Origin: Vicugna vicugna
Taxonomy: Eukaryota
Length of the DNA stretch: 64,000 bases
Direction of reading: 5' to 3'
Assembly: GCA_013265495.1 (NCBI GenBank)
Contig: MU058718.1
Span: 1,488,001-1,552,000 of the forward strand
Positions within the stretch are counted from its first letter, which is position 1, and the number at the start of each line of letters is the position of its first letter. Positions 24,042 to 36,730 of the stretch are shown piece by piece. Under the pieces are notes generated by a model that worked only from the letters and a program-made list of their open reading frames with translations, was not told the origin of the DNA and searched no databases. A program made the position numbers and the translations under genes.

Positions 24042-26385
24042 CAATAGCCACAAGCTATATAAGCTGGCCACTTGTGTAATTTAAATTTTCTATGAGGCAC
24101 ATTAAAAATGAAAAAGGAACCAGGTAAAATTAATTAATTAATTTTTTAGTTGACATACAGTTGATTTACCATATTGTGTTAATTTAAGATGTACAGCAAA
24201 GTGATTCAGTTTTTATATATATATGTGTATGTACATATATATATATTTCAGATTGTTTTCCATCATAGTTTATAGTAAGATATTGGATATAGTTCCCTGT
24301 GTTACACAGTAAATCCTTGTTGCTTATCTGTTTTATGTATAGTAGTTTGTATCTGTTAATCCCAATCTCCTAATCTCCTCCCCCAACTCCCTTTCCCCTT
24401 TGGTAACCTTAAATTTGTTTTCTATACCTATGAGTGTTTTTGTTTTGTATATAGATTCATTTGTATTATTTTTTAGATTCCATATATAAGTGATATATAA
24501 TACTTGTCTTTCTTGATCATACAGTAGCTCTATTTTTACTTTTTTAAGGAACATCCATACTGTCCTATAGCAGCTGCACAAATTTACTCTCCCACCAAGA
24601 GTGTAGGAGGGTTCCCTTTTCTCCACACCCTCTCCAGTATTTATCATTTGTGGACTTTTAAATGATTTCCATTCTGACTGATGGGAGGTGATACCTAATT
24701 GTGCTTTTGATTTGCATTTCTCTAATAATTAGCAATGTTGAGCATTTTTTCATGTACACATTGGCCATCCGTATGTCTTTTTTGGAGAAGTGTCTATTTA
24801 ACTCTTATGCTCATTTTTTGAGAGTTGTTTGTTTTTTTGCTAGTGAGTTGTATGAGCTGTTTGTATATTTTGGATATTAACCCTCTGTTGGTTGCATCAT
24901 TTGCAAATATCTTCTTCCATTCTGTAGGTTGTCTTTTAGTTTTGTTGATGGTTTCCTTTGCTGTGCAAAAGCTTTTAAGTTTGATTAGGCTCCATTTTTG
25001 TTTGTTTGTTTGGTTGGGGTTTTTTTGCCTTGGGAGACCGATCTGAGAAAATATTGCTACAATTTATGTTGGAAAAGGTTTTGCCTATGTTCTCTTCTAG
25101 GAGTTTTATGGTGTCGTGTCTTAAGTTTAGCTCTTTAAGTCATTTTTAGTTTATTTTTATATATGCTGTGAGGAAGTGCTCTAATTTCATTGATTTACAT
25201 GCAGCTGTCCAGCTTTTCCAACACCACTGGCTGAAGAGTCTGTCTTTTCTCCATTGTATATTCTTACCTCCTTTGTCATAAATGAATTGACCACAGGTAT
25301 GTCGGTTTATTTCTGGGCTCTGTATTCTGTTCCATTAATCTATGTGTTTGTTTTTGTATAATATCATGCTTTCTTGATTACTGTAGCTTTGTAGTATCAT
25401 CTGAAGTCTGGGAAGATTACGCCTCTAGCTTTGTCTTCTTTCCTCAGTAGTACTTTGGCAATTCTGGGTCTTTTGTGCTTCCATATAAATTTTAGGATTA
25501 TTCTAGTTCTATAAAAAAATGTTATGGGCATTTTGATCTCATTAAATCTGTAGATTGCTTTGGGTAGTATGGCCATTTTAATAATATTAATCCATCCAAT
25601 TCAAGAGGATGGGATATCTTTCCATTTCTTTGAGTCACCTTCAGTTTTCTTTATCAGTATTTTATAGTTTTCAGCATGTAAGTCCTTCACCTCCTTAGTT
25701 AAGTTTATTCCTAGGTATTTTTTTTTGACATGATTTTAAATCGAATTTTTTTGCTTTCTCTTACTGATATTTCATTGTTAGTGTAAAGAAATGCAACATA
25801 TTTCTGTATATTAGTCTTGCATTCTGCTGCCTTGCTGAATGCATTTATTAGTTCTAATAGTTTTTGTGGGGGGGGTCTTCAGGGTTCTCTATATAGAGTA
25901 TCATGTCATTTTCAAATAATGACAGTTTTACCTCTTCCTTTCCAATTTGGATATCTTTTATTTATTTTTCTTGCCTGATTGCTGTGGCTAGGACTTCTAA
26001 CACTATGTTGAATAGAAGTGGTTAGAGTGGGCATCCTTGTCTCATTCCTGAATTTAGCAGAAAGGCTCTCAGCTTTTCATCATTGAGTATTATATTGGCT
26101 GTGAGTTTGTCATAAATGGGTTTTATTATGTTAAGATATGTGCACTGTATACCCATAGGCAAAATTAATTAAATAATATATTTGATTTAATCCAGTATAT
26201 CCAAAATATTACCATTTCAATCTGCAATCAGTGTAAGAATTATCAATGAGATGTTTTACCTTCTTTTTTTCCATCCTAAGTCTTTAAAATCTGATAGAGT
26301 TACAGTTATAGTACCTCTCAATTCAGACTAGCCTCATTTCAAGTTCTCAGTAACCATACATGCTGTACTGGAGTGAGCAATATTA
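24042..26385. mobile_element. MER33-like hAT element split by an L1 (pieces ~24042-24137 and 26157-26385)
   Basis: 'gtaatttaaattttcta...cacattaaaaatgaaaaagg..caggtaaaattaatt' continues after the L1 as 'taatatatttgatttaatccagtatatccaaaatatt...ctcaattcagactagcctcatttcaagttctcag'. Confidence 0.8.
24138..26156 (-). mobile_element. 5'-truncated LINE-1 (ORF2 3' part plus 3' UTR), inactivated, with an internal deletion near 24513
   Basis: Antisense ORF2 remnants ([17 protein letters not shown]). The 16-bp TSD agg(t/c)aaaattaattaa lies at 24122-24137 and 26157-26172. Confidence 0.93.
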
Positions 26386-27271
26386 GACTGTGGCTGCTTT
26401 TCTTCAGTAAGGTCCTGATCCAGTTCTGGAAATGTCTACCTTAACTTTCCCTCTGAGTGTCAGCTATTCTTGCTCTTGCTTTCGTGTGACATCAGTGACT
26501 GTTTTAAAGCTTATAACATTCCTATGTTGATTGTTAAGTTTTAATTCTCAGAGGAGAATTATAAGAGTTTGTCCTGTTTTATTGGTTTTTTTTTAATGGA
26601 ATACAAGATTCAGGAAAATAAATATTTCCTGAGAAATTCTGGGAAGGAATTCCCAGATGGAAATACTGCTATGAGAAATATACTGCAGAAAATAAATGCT
26701 CAAAGAAGATAAGGTATTGCCCCAAGTCAGACAGCTGTTGCAGCTATGTGACCATCCTCTTGTCTACTATACAATATTGCTAATCCTTGTGTAATCAGAA
26801 GGACAAACCATCCTTCCTCTTTACTCCTCAGTCCCACTATGCTAGAGTTTAATTCCCATTTAAGACCTTATTCAGAAGGGTTTTTTTCTTTTTTAAAAAA
26901 AATATGAACATGCAGAGGCAGGTTAGACCTAGGCTAGGATGAGGCAAAGGGCAAGAGTGAGACAAGGATGAATAACATACTGTGAGAGCAGAGAACTGTG
27001 GGATAGGGAACATGTCTGATCCCCCAGGACCACTTCCCCCAGAGGAGGGCTGATTCGATCAGATTCAGGACATTGGGTCCTGTTCACTAGAGGACAGAGA
27101 AGCCATGTTCTTACTCACTCAGCCCTTGTGGTGGAACTAAAAGCTGAGCTAATGTTCATACTTCAGCTCCATATTCTCACACTTCAGCTAAATCCTTGGC
27201 TGTAGAAAGGAATATCCAGAGCTAAATTTGGTGTTGAGGGCTGAAGATTGTAGAATTGCTCTGCTTAAGAA

Positions 27272-28375
27272 CATAGAGGTAAACCCATACTTTTAATAGT
27301 CAGTTGGTTCTTCAGCAAGGGTACTAAGACAATTCAATGGGAAAAGAATCATTTTTTCAACTAATGGTGCTGGGACAACTGAATACTCACATGCAAAAAA
27401 ATAAAGTTAGACCCCTTACCTCAGACTATATACAAAAGTTAACTCAGAATAGTCAAAGACTTAAATAAAAGAGCTATAACTATAAAATTCTTAGAAGAAA
27501 ACTTAGGTATAAGTCTTTGTAAACTTGGATTAGGTAGTGGTTCCTTAGATATGACATCAAAAGCAAACCAACCAAAGAAAAAATAGATAAATTGGGCTTC
27601 AACAAAATTAAAAACTTGGGGGGGGCTCAAAGGACCTTATCAAGAAGGTGAAATGACAGCCCATAAGATGGAAAGAAGTGTTTTCAAATCATATTTCTGA
27701 TATGGGTCTAACATTCAGAACATATAAGAAGTACTACAACTGGGCAATAATAGAAGACAAATAACTCGATTTTTTTAAATGAGCAAAAGGTTTGATTAGA
27801 CATTTCTTCAAAGAAGATATAAATGCCAATATGCACACGAAAAGATACTGTACATCATTAGCCACTAGGAAAATGAAAATCAAAACCACAGATACCACCA
27901 CACATGTACTATGTGTGGCTATAACGGCTATAATAACAAAAATATCCACTCATCAACTGGTGAATGGATAAACAAATAAGCTATAACCATACAATGAAAT
28001 GTTATTTAATCACAGAAAGGAAAGAAGTACTGATACATACTACAACATGGATGACCCTTAAAAACATTATGCTAAGTGAAAGAAGCCAGACCCAAAAGAC
28101 TATATACTATATGATTCCATTTATATGAAATGTCCAGAATAGATAATCCATAAAGACAGAAAGGAGATTAATGTTAGCCAGGGGCTGGGAGGTTGGAGAA
28201 ATGAGAATTGCTAATGAATATGGGGTTTCCTTTTGGGGTCATGAAAATGTTCTGGAATGAGGTACTGGTGATCATTGCACAACTTTGTGAATATGCCCCA
28301 AAAAACTACATAGAACTGTTCTCTTTAAAACGGTGAAATTTATGGTTTGTAAATTGTATCTCAGTTAGAAAACAG
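27272..28375 (+). mobile_element. LINE-1 3' fragment, L1MB-like
   Basis: 'caagggtactaagacaattcaatgggaaaag...aatggtgctgggacaact', 'acattatgctaagtgaaagaagccagac', 'gggtttccttttggggtcatgaaaatgttctggaa'. An internal deletion is apparent near 27945. Confidence 0.9.
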
Positions 28376-29629
28376 AAGAACTTGGCTTTGGTTCCTGAGA
28401 GGAAGGAGATAGAAAAGGAAGCAGAAGCAGGAAGAGAAAGGAAGAGTTCTTGGGGTAACATGGCTGGAGACTGAGCCTTACTTGTTGAAAGGGGCAGGGA
28501 TAATTGTAAAATGAAGGATGTCCAATAGTCAGTGTTAAGATGTTGCAATATTAAATCCTCTCTATGTTACCAAAACCCCAGTGAGGTCTGATAAATACAT
28601 AAAGACTTCATATGAAAGGTTTGTTTGCTTATTTGTTTGTTTGAGTATTTTTCAGTGTGTAAGAGGTGGAATTGAGTAAAAGGTCCAAGTACCAAGTGTC
28701 TGTCAACACATTGTGGAACAGGAATATAATGTGTAGGATGATGTGACCATCCACAAACAGAACTAACGTGGGAATGTGGGGCCAGAGGAGGGCATGGGAA
28801 TGTGAGCCCCTGGAAATTTGCAGAAAGCTTGGGAAAGGTGCTCTACTCCCCACAAACATGGATGGAGTTTCTAGAGAATGTTGTCTCAATCTTAACGGTA
28901 AGAGTAACTCCAGAGAAGATGTGAGTAATCAGTAAAATTTAGTCTAAGAAAAATTAGCATTGCTTATTTCATATGAGATTCAGATCAGGCCTGCTCTCCT
29001 GAGAGCTGTGTATATTTCAAATCTCTAACCTCAGGTCCCAGTTTCTTTAAAGTGAGAGGGTTGGTCTACGCCCTTTTCCAACTCCAGTTTTTATACCCTG
29101 AAAAATTAAAAACTAGCAGCTCAAGCATTCAGTCTGAAGCTTTCTGGGTTAAAAAAATTTTCACCAACAATTTACCCTTGAGTAAAATTTCAAATAAGTA
29201 AGGTAGAAAAATCACAAAGATGCCAACAAGTACTTGCTAACAGATATAAAGCAAAGTGCTTTTTCAACTAGACATGTAAGGCAGAAGAAAACATTCTCTG
29301 GACCCATAGTTCTTAAAATCAATGATTAAAACTCAAAGTCCAAGTCCATATCAGTGTATTTAGAAATGGTTTTAAATTCAGAGTAATCTTATTTGCAAAA
29401 TGGAGAAGGGTAACTTCTTCCTAAGAGATTTTCTTTTCTTCTTTGGCAACTTCTTTCTATCTGAAAAACAATATCCCACAAACAGCCTTGCTCCTATAAC
29501 TACACACTCTCATGTGAGCCAAATCTCAAAGAAATCAAGATAGAGTTTTATTCCTGTCCCTCTGTACTTAAAAACCATCTGAAATGTGTACAGCAGACAA
29601 GAACAAGGCTCAGGAAGAAGATATTCTTC

Positions 29630-29925
29630 CATCTAGAATAGAAACTCTGTGAGGGCAGGGGCTACATCTTGTTCATTTTTATATTCTCAACACCTAGAAC
29701 TATGCCTGGCACAAATCAGTTGTTTATTAAATAAATGAATGGTAGAAATATCCACTCTACCACCATGACTCAATTCACTGAGCCTCTGTTTCTTCATCTG
29801 CAGAATGGAGATGGTCACACTTCCCTCATGGGACAGTCTGCAGTGTAGTGAAGTGTGAGCAGTGAGCTGGGCTCAGGGGCTGGCACACAGCGCTCGCTCA
29901 ATCCATGACACCTCTTGTTATTTTT
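29630..29925. mobile_element. L2 3' end plus MIR fragment
   Basis: 'tagaatagaaactctgtgagggcagggg...tgcctggcaca...aataaatgaatg'; 'ctgagcctctgtttcttcatctgcagaatggagat'. Confidence 0.7.
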
Positions 29926-31824
29926 ATAGCAACCTGTCTTTGAAACGTTTCTTGAAACACATTGTGAGTCATAAAAGTCACACAAATCTGACTACCAGAG
30001 CACTAGAAGGGTAATTTCAGTTCAAATCAAGGACCAACATAAGGAACAGCAGAGAGAACAGTTTTAACTGGGGAGTCACTCTTTGCCCATCAGAGATCCC
30101 AGACTGAAGGGGCAAAGTGACTTTCCCAACTCAGATCTCACCCAGGCCCCCTTCAGGAGGAAAAAGAATATTGTCATTTTTTTCCCACTTCCTACTACTG
30201 CCACGGGCCCTAAAGCATCCATCAGACCGTTCCCAGCTTTATGAGTGTAGAAACTTCAATGGCAATCAAGAATATTGATGGAAAATCTATGAATGGAGGA
30301 ATCTCATTGCCTTAATTCATACCACAGAAGGTCTGATTGTTCAGTTTTGCAAATTAGCAAGTGAATGAACCAATTTAAAGAAATAAGGACAATGCCACAT
30401 AAAACACACTCCTTTTATTTATCTCAACAAGGCATGATTCCATTTTAATGATTTATGCTAATGTTTTACTGTACAGTGGTTATGCCCTGAAGTACACTGT
30501 ATAAGACTTAGTAATCCCAGGCGCCTTCTCCAGTATTCTCTAATTATGTCTTTGCTGAGAACTTGGGTTGGGGAGACCACCAGCCATCACTGGAGCAAGG
30601 AAGTTTGTGAATTAGTGAAATGAAAATCAGTGTAAGTTCTGTAGTAGTAAGGGGTCCAGAGGCAGCTCCAGTGGGATTCTGTGTTTTCACACCAAAAAAT
30701 GGTCTATTGGTCTTCATTACAATGAGAGATGAGCAAACTCTGCTGTATTTAGGGTTCATCAAACATCAAACCATTCTTTTTTTCAAATGTTTTAGGTTTG
30801 CCAAAATCCAAAACATGTTTTGCCCTCAGCATTTTTCCCTTCATTTTCAAACCCCTGTGTATTTTAAGGGAAATTTAATCCTGATGTTTCTGACTCATTT
30901 ACACTTAACACGTGAACATATTGTTTGGTAAAACTTATTTGAAGTCTATGAAGCATTATAAGTCTTCTAAAGTCTTTTTTGCGTAGTGGTGGCAGGAAAC
31001 TGAGTGTTGCAAAGATATGAAAACTTAAATTCCCCAATGAGTGGAATTAGTTTGAAACTCAAGATTTGTTAAGATGCAACGTTGAATTGAGTTATATTCA
31101 GTAAAACCCATCTTCTCTCCTGTAATTACCATCCTCTACTTTGATGCATGGCTGTTAATGAAATTACTGAGGCCCCAAAACAGTCATTATTGACATTCCT
31201 GTGATTTATACCATCAGCTGGATTTCTATATAAGAGGAAGGAGTGGAGGTAACTTACTATCTGTGGCCCATGGAGTATGGCTCTTTACTTTCTAGCTTCT
31301 AGTCACAATCCTCCATGGAAACCACTGTCTCCTGGCTCTTCAAGCTAAAAGCTGTTCAAGCTCTGCAGTCCTCATCCTTCTCCTCTGCAACCTCCGCCAG
31401 CCTCACAGAGCACTAGGTGATGTCTGGGGAGGCTCATGCACATTGGCGTCCTACCAGACCTAGGTTCAAATCCCAGTGCTACCACTTCATGGGAGGCATA
31501 CGGGTTGGTTGGGGAGAGCTATCTGGTCAAAGAATCTTTCTTACCCTAGAGATTCAGAAAATGAAACTAAGACAGTGATCAATGCATAGAGAGTTAATAC
31601 AGGTATTGTGGCAGTACTGGAGTGAGGGTGGGGCAAGGCTTCAGTTACTTCCCTAGTCTTATATCCAGCTTTCTCATGTATCCTTTATCCCTAAGCAGCT
31701 CCTTCCACTGCAGTGGGGCCCCACATGGATCTAGAAGGTTGGTATAGATGGAGTTCTCAGAACCATGTCCAGATTCTAAATCCATGGTCCTCCTGATGTT
31801 TCTAGAGTCCAGAAATGATTTGGA

Positions 31825-32080
31825 GTGATTAGTGGTAAAGCACAAAGATTTTAGAGTTAATCAGATCTAAACCTGTATCTTGCCTCTGCCACTTTTTAGT
31901 GCTTAATGTTTGGGAAGTTAACTGTGTCTTTGAGCATTATTTTCTAACTGCAAATGGAGATTTAAAATATACTTACCACATAAAGTGATTGCACAAATTA
32001 AATGAGATCAAACATGGTAAGTGCTTAGTGAGCACATATGAAAAAGCACAATAAATGGGAGTTGTATTCATTGCTATTAC
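31825..32080. mobile_element. MIR
   Basis: 'tcttgcctctgccactttttag...gcaaatggagat...attaaatgagat...gtaagtgcttag'. Confidence 0.7.
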
Positions 32081-32580
32081 TGTTGGTTTTTTTTTTTAAT
32101 TGGAATTTAGTTGATTTACAGTGTTGCTGTTCTTGTTTTCAAACCAACTCTTAGGGGATTTCTGATATCTGGACTCCTTCTCCCCACTATTTACAATCCC
32201 TTTCCTCATTCAGACATTTGGATAGGCTTGAATATCCAAGAGTAGTATTTTGCTCTATTTATTTTTTGTCACTGTTGGATCTCCTCATCATGTCAAATTA
32301 GGAAAGGGTGTCTCCCTCCTATCTGCCCACAGGATCCATCCTGAGCAAAGACACTAGGACATTCTTTAACCTTACTTGCCAACTGAGTGACAATATAAAA
32401 CCAACATTGTTAAACTTCAGTAATTGTTTTAGCTTTTTAATAAATTATTAGCTTAATGTTAAGTGACTTCATGCCTTTGACAAATCATATTAATTCTAAG
32501 GCATGACCCAATTACATGAGGAAAAAGAAAACTTGTAGAATACAGAAGCATTTAAAACACATTCTTTAAATTCATTTAAT

Positions 32581-32752
32581 AATTGGATGAGGGCCACCCA
32601 CGTTAGGAAGGACAATCTGCTCTCCTCAGTCTCAGTGTTAATCTCATCCAGAATGTTAATCTAACCTCACAGACACACCCAGAATAATGTTTGACCACAT
32701 ATCTGGGCACCCCATTGCCCAGTCGAGTTGACACATAAAATTAGCCATCACA
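32581..32752. mobile_element. MLT2 (ERVL) LTR fragment
   Basis: 'ggatgagggccacccac...cctcacagacacacccagaataatgtttgacc..atatctgggcacccc..gcccagtcgagttgacacataaaattagccatcaca'. Confidence 0.85.
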
Positions 32753-32799
32753 CCTTGGTTTTCCTAAATCCTTCTGCTTTTGTCTCTTAAGAATTTTTT

Positions 32800-33070
32800 T
32801 AAAGATTAAAAGATTAAAGTCTTCCCTCAATCCTTAGACTGAATCCAATCCCCTTACTCTTCATTCCTGTAGTCCCCTGTGCTTTCTTGTTTATAACACT
32901 CTTCATTCTGGTAATTAATCCCATGTTTAATATCAGTAACTCTCCTAGCCTACAGTTCTATGACTGCAGAGGCGCTATTTCACTTATTCTCTACTGTCAC
33001 CCTAGGTCCCGGCTCTGTGCCTGACCCAGAGGAGGCACTTGATGAACATTTGTTGAAAAGAACTGATTAT
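32800..33070 (+). mobile_element. L2 3' fragment
   Basis: 'gtgcctgacccagaggaggcacttgatgaacatttgttgaa'. Confidence 0.6.
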
Positions 33071-35199
33071 GTTCTAGTCCTTTGGTTTCATGACCTTTAA
33101 ACAATTATTTTCCAAGGCTGCATTCACTCTGCACAGTATCCCAAGTATAAATGATGACAGTCTTCTTCCCATCTGTTTTCTACTGAACAGGGCTACCATG
33201 ACTAAAATTTTTCTCAAGCTTTGGGTTCAGCCGAAATCCATACGTCAAACGACCAAAATTTTGGGTCTGTTGCTCATTCTTCAACACACAACAGTGGTTT
33301 CAGCAGCAGACAACCCAGCCTGGCGTTGTCTACCCACACCGCCCTCAGACAGGAAACCCTCCCTCCTAAGGAACAGCACAATTAGGTGATTGTGGCTGCA
33401 ATCATTTGCCAGTTCAGCTTTTCATCCCTTGATAAACTTCAGTATCAGCTGAAATAGAAAAAAACAAACAAAAAAAAAACAAAAAACGAAGGAAATCCTG
33501 ATGCAATGCTCAGATAAAACATAACCTGGAGTTTCTCTCTCCTAAAAAAATTGCCATATGTGTTCCATGCTTAAACTTGAAATATTATGAAATTCCTTGA
33601 TAGTCTTAACTGTATTTAAATCACAGCTACTCTTCTATTTTTACTAAGAGAGAAAAGCTTAGCAATACCCTAATTCACATTCATTTTTAAAAAGAAAAAC
33701 TATTGACAGTGATTACCACTAAAATGCTGCCCTAACCCTTAAAGTGGCACACATGCAAATGTAGCTATTGTTATCTTCCTCTCTTTCAGCACTATAGTAG
33801 AGAAGGAATGAGATCAGCTTAATATTCAGAAAACTTACTTTTGAATCTTGGCTCCGTCTCTTACTGGCCCTGTAACTTCAGCTATCAGTTCATCGACACA
33901 TAAAATGAAGGTGGGAATGTCTTTCCTACCTACCACCAAAAAAAGTTGAGTAAATTAAATAAGAAATCATATGAAAATATCCTTGATAATAATAAAGGAC
34001 TATACATGTAAAAAGAATATCAGTGCTATGTTATTACAGGTACACTGAATTTTAAAATAAAGGTTTTCTCAAAATGAATTTTCCATTAAGATATGACTTA
34101 TAAATTATACTTTAAAACATTTTCTTCAGTTGTCATACTTAACTTTTCTACAGCAACCTCTTCTCCTAGCTCCATTAGGATATCTTGTACTTAATGAGTA
34201 ATGAACAAATAATTTGTTGAATGAACAAATGATGACTTCATCTTTTCAGATGAATAGTTTTCTGGTGAACCTTCAGTTAATTTCTTCACGGATGCACATA
34301 TAGGCAACTGCCATTTTCAGGAAAAACTGTAAACCTCAGGGAATTCAATGAATTGCGTTTAAGTTAAGGATGCTCCAATATGAAGCACCAGGCAAGATGT
34401 TAAAGATAAGGCACTGCCTGCTGGCCCCATGTTTCAACATGTCAGTGAGGCTTCCATCTTAGAAAAGGATCCCCTCTGATGGTTTGTTTCCACCAGGGCA
34501 TCAGAGACAGCAGCCTGCTCCCACCATCTGGGTATAATAAATGAAGAATTTGAGTCATAAAAATTTCTACCCAATTTAAGATGCACAGTATTGCTTTTTC
34601 TCAAACTAACTGCCCCTGGCAGTTCCAGTTAATACTTCCGTTCAAAATTTTAAAAACCTTAAAAGCTTTTTAAGCTGACGTTTAAAATAATTTGGGAAAC
34701 AATGCTAAGATTTAATCTTTTACATCAAACCTCCTGTGAGGTATGATTGTGTAAGCTCTCCCTAGTTCTTTCCCACTGATGGCAGACCTGCCGAGAAGCA
34801 ACATAGAGTGCAGAAATCAGTCTTCCCAGGAAAGCAAATGATGAGACAACGTGCATTTTAGACTTCTCCCCAGAGCAGGGCTTAATCAACAGCAACAACA
34901 GCAAATCCAACAAAGAGGATTGGATTCTTTAGAGTCACAGGAAAACTGAGTTAAGAACAAAATAAGATTTTTTTAGCCGCTATTCCAAAGTTTGAATCTT
35001 TGTCAAGTAATGCCCTATGATTCTTTGACCAGTTCATGGGAAGATATTCTCTACTTAACATGGTTACTGGATATATGACACACTCTGCCAGAAACTGATG
35101 TGAACCAAGAGTAGAAACTTTGGAATTGACAAAAATGTATTTTCCAAAAATTGACCACGAATTGCCTTTGATTGACATAGATTCTTTTGAAGTAGAAGG

Positions 35200-36295
35200 A
35201 GAAAGAGCAGGAAAAAAGAAATAATGATGAAGAAGTAGCTCTTTTACCTCTCCTTGGTAAAAAATTTAGTCTCTTATACTGATTTTTAAGGCAAACAAAA
35301 TTTCAGACTTTATAAATTGAAAAACAGTGAAAGAAATAAAAAGTGGAAAAAATTTTTAAACCGATTTTATAAGAATGGAAGACTTATGTACATCAAAAAC
35401 AAATAGGTGAAGTATTGTTCTGTACACTAGAAATTGACACAATATTGTAAACTGACTATTCTTCAATTAAAAAATATTTTAAAAAAACAAATAGGAATAA
35501 TTTGGCACAAATGTGACCAAGAGTTACTATCACAACTGTGTGAAGAGCTCATTTGAGGAGATAGAAATAACAAAACATCCCCCCACAAAAAACAAACAAA
35601 ACTGAACAAGGGGTACAGGCTATCACAAATGGAGAAATTCAAAGCAAAGAAACATATGAAAAAAGTTCAGCCTCACTAGTAAGCAAATAATTACAAATTA
35701 AAGGAAAATGCTGTGCTTTAGCTGTTAAACTGACTAAAAAATGATAATACTAATTTTAGTGAGTATAAAGTGAGGTGTATAAAACTCTTAAACATTGCTG
35801 GCAACAGTGTTAAATTAATTTAACTTTTCTGAAATCATTTTAACCTAAACATTAAAAGTTTTATAAACACCCTTAATCTTTAATCCAATACATTCATTTC
35901 TAAGAAAATAATTAAAGAACCTCATAAAGACTCATGTGAAAAAATACTCATCGTCATTTTTATATAATGGTGGAAAATTATAAATAATCTAAGTTGTAAC
36001 AATAAATGACCAAGGGATTCCATATGATGGAATGTGATGTCAATATTAAAAGCAGTGTTTTTAAAGAATAATCAATGGCAATGGAAAAATGTCATCCCAT
36101 AGAGTTAAGTGAAAAAGTAGAATATAAAACAGCAATATATACCATCACCAAATTTTGGTTAAAACCATGCATAGGAAAAAAAGACAAGAAGGAAATACAA
36201 CGATATGTCAATGGGGAATAAAGAACTGTATTTTCTTCCTTGTACTTGTATATTTTCTAAATGTTCATAATAAACATTATTTTATAATTTTTTAA
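35200..36295 (+). mobile_element. Old LINE-1 (L1ME-like) 3' fragment
   Basis: A-rich and diverged: 'aaacatatgaaaaaagttcagcctcactagtaagcaaa', 'gttaagtgaaaaagtagaatataaaacag'. Confidence 0.65.
35408..35482 (+). mobile_element. Very short L1 3' tail with a perfect 13-bp TSD
   Basis: 'ctgtacactagaaattgacacaatattgtaaactgactattcttcaattaaaaaa', with TSD aaaaacaaatagg at 35395-35407 and 35483-35495. Confidence 0.85.
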
Positions 36296-36569
36296 AGTTC
36301 TGATTATGAAGTAAAAGACGTACTACTGATACATTCTTGTCAGATAGGTCCTTGGGATATCAGCTTGGCTTCAGAAGGGAGTCAGTAGAGCAAAATCAGT
36401 AATATTTCTAGTTGTTCTGAACTTCAAAGGTCAAATTCAACCTGATCTATTAAGCTTCCATGGAAAACACCCCTAAGTATTCTAACTCAAAGAAATCTCT
36501 CTTCAAAAATTCACACTTCGTTTACATGCATCTTTTTTTTAAGAGCAAATAATTATTGCCCTACTATCC

Positions 36570-36730
36570 TAAGAACATTAGATGTGTTAATTATTATGAT
36601 TCCCATTTTATAGATGGGGAAAGGAGGCAGCGAGCAGTTAAGTAGCTTGCCCGGAATCACACAACTAATAAGTGGTAAAATAAGGACTCAAATCCAGTCA
36701 TTGGGATTTCTACACCACATCTCTCTCCAG
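36570..36730. mobile_element. MIR
   Basis: 'attcccattttatagatggggaaaggaggcag...gttaagtagcttgcccggaatcacacaactaataagtgg'. Confidence 0.8.
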
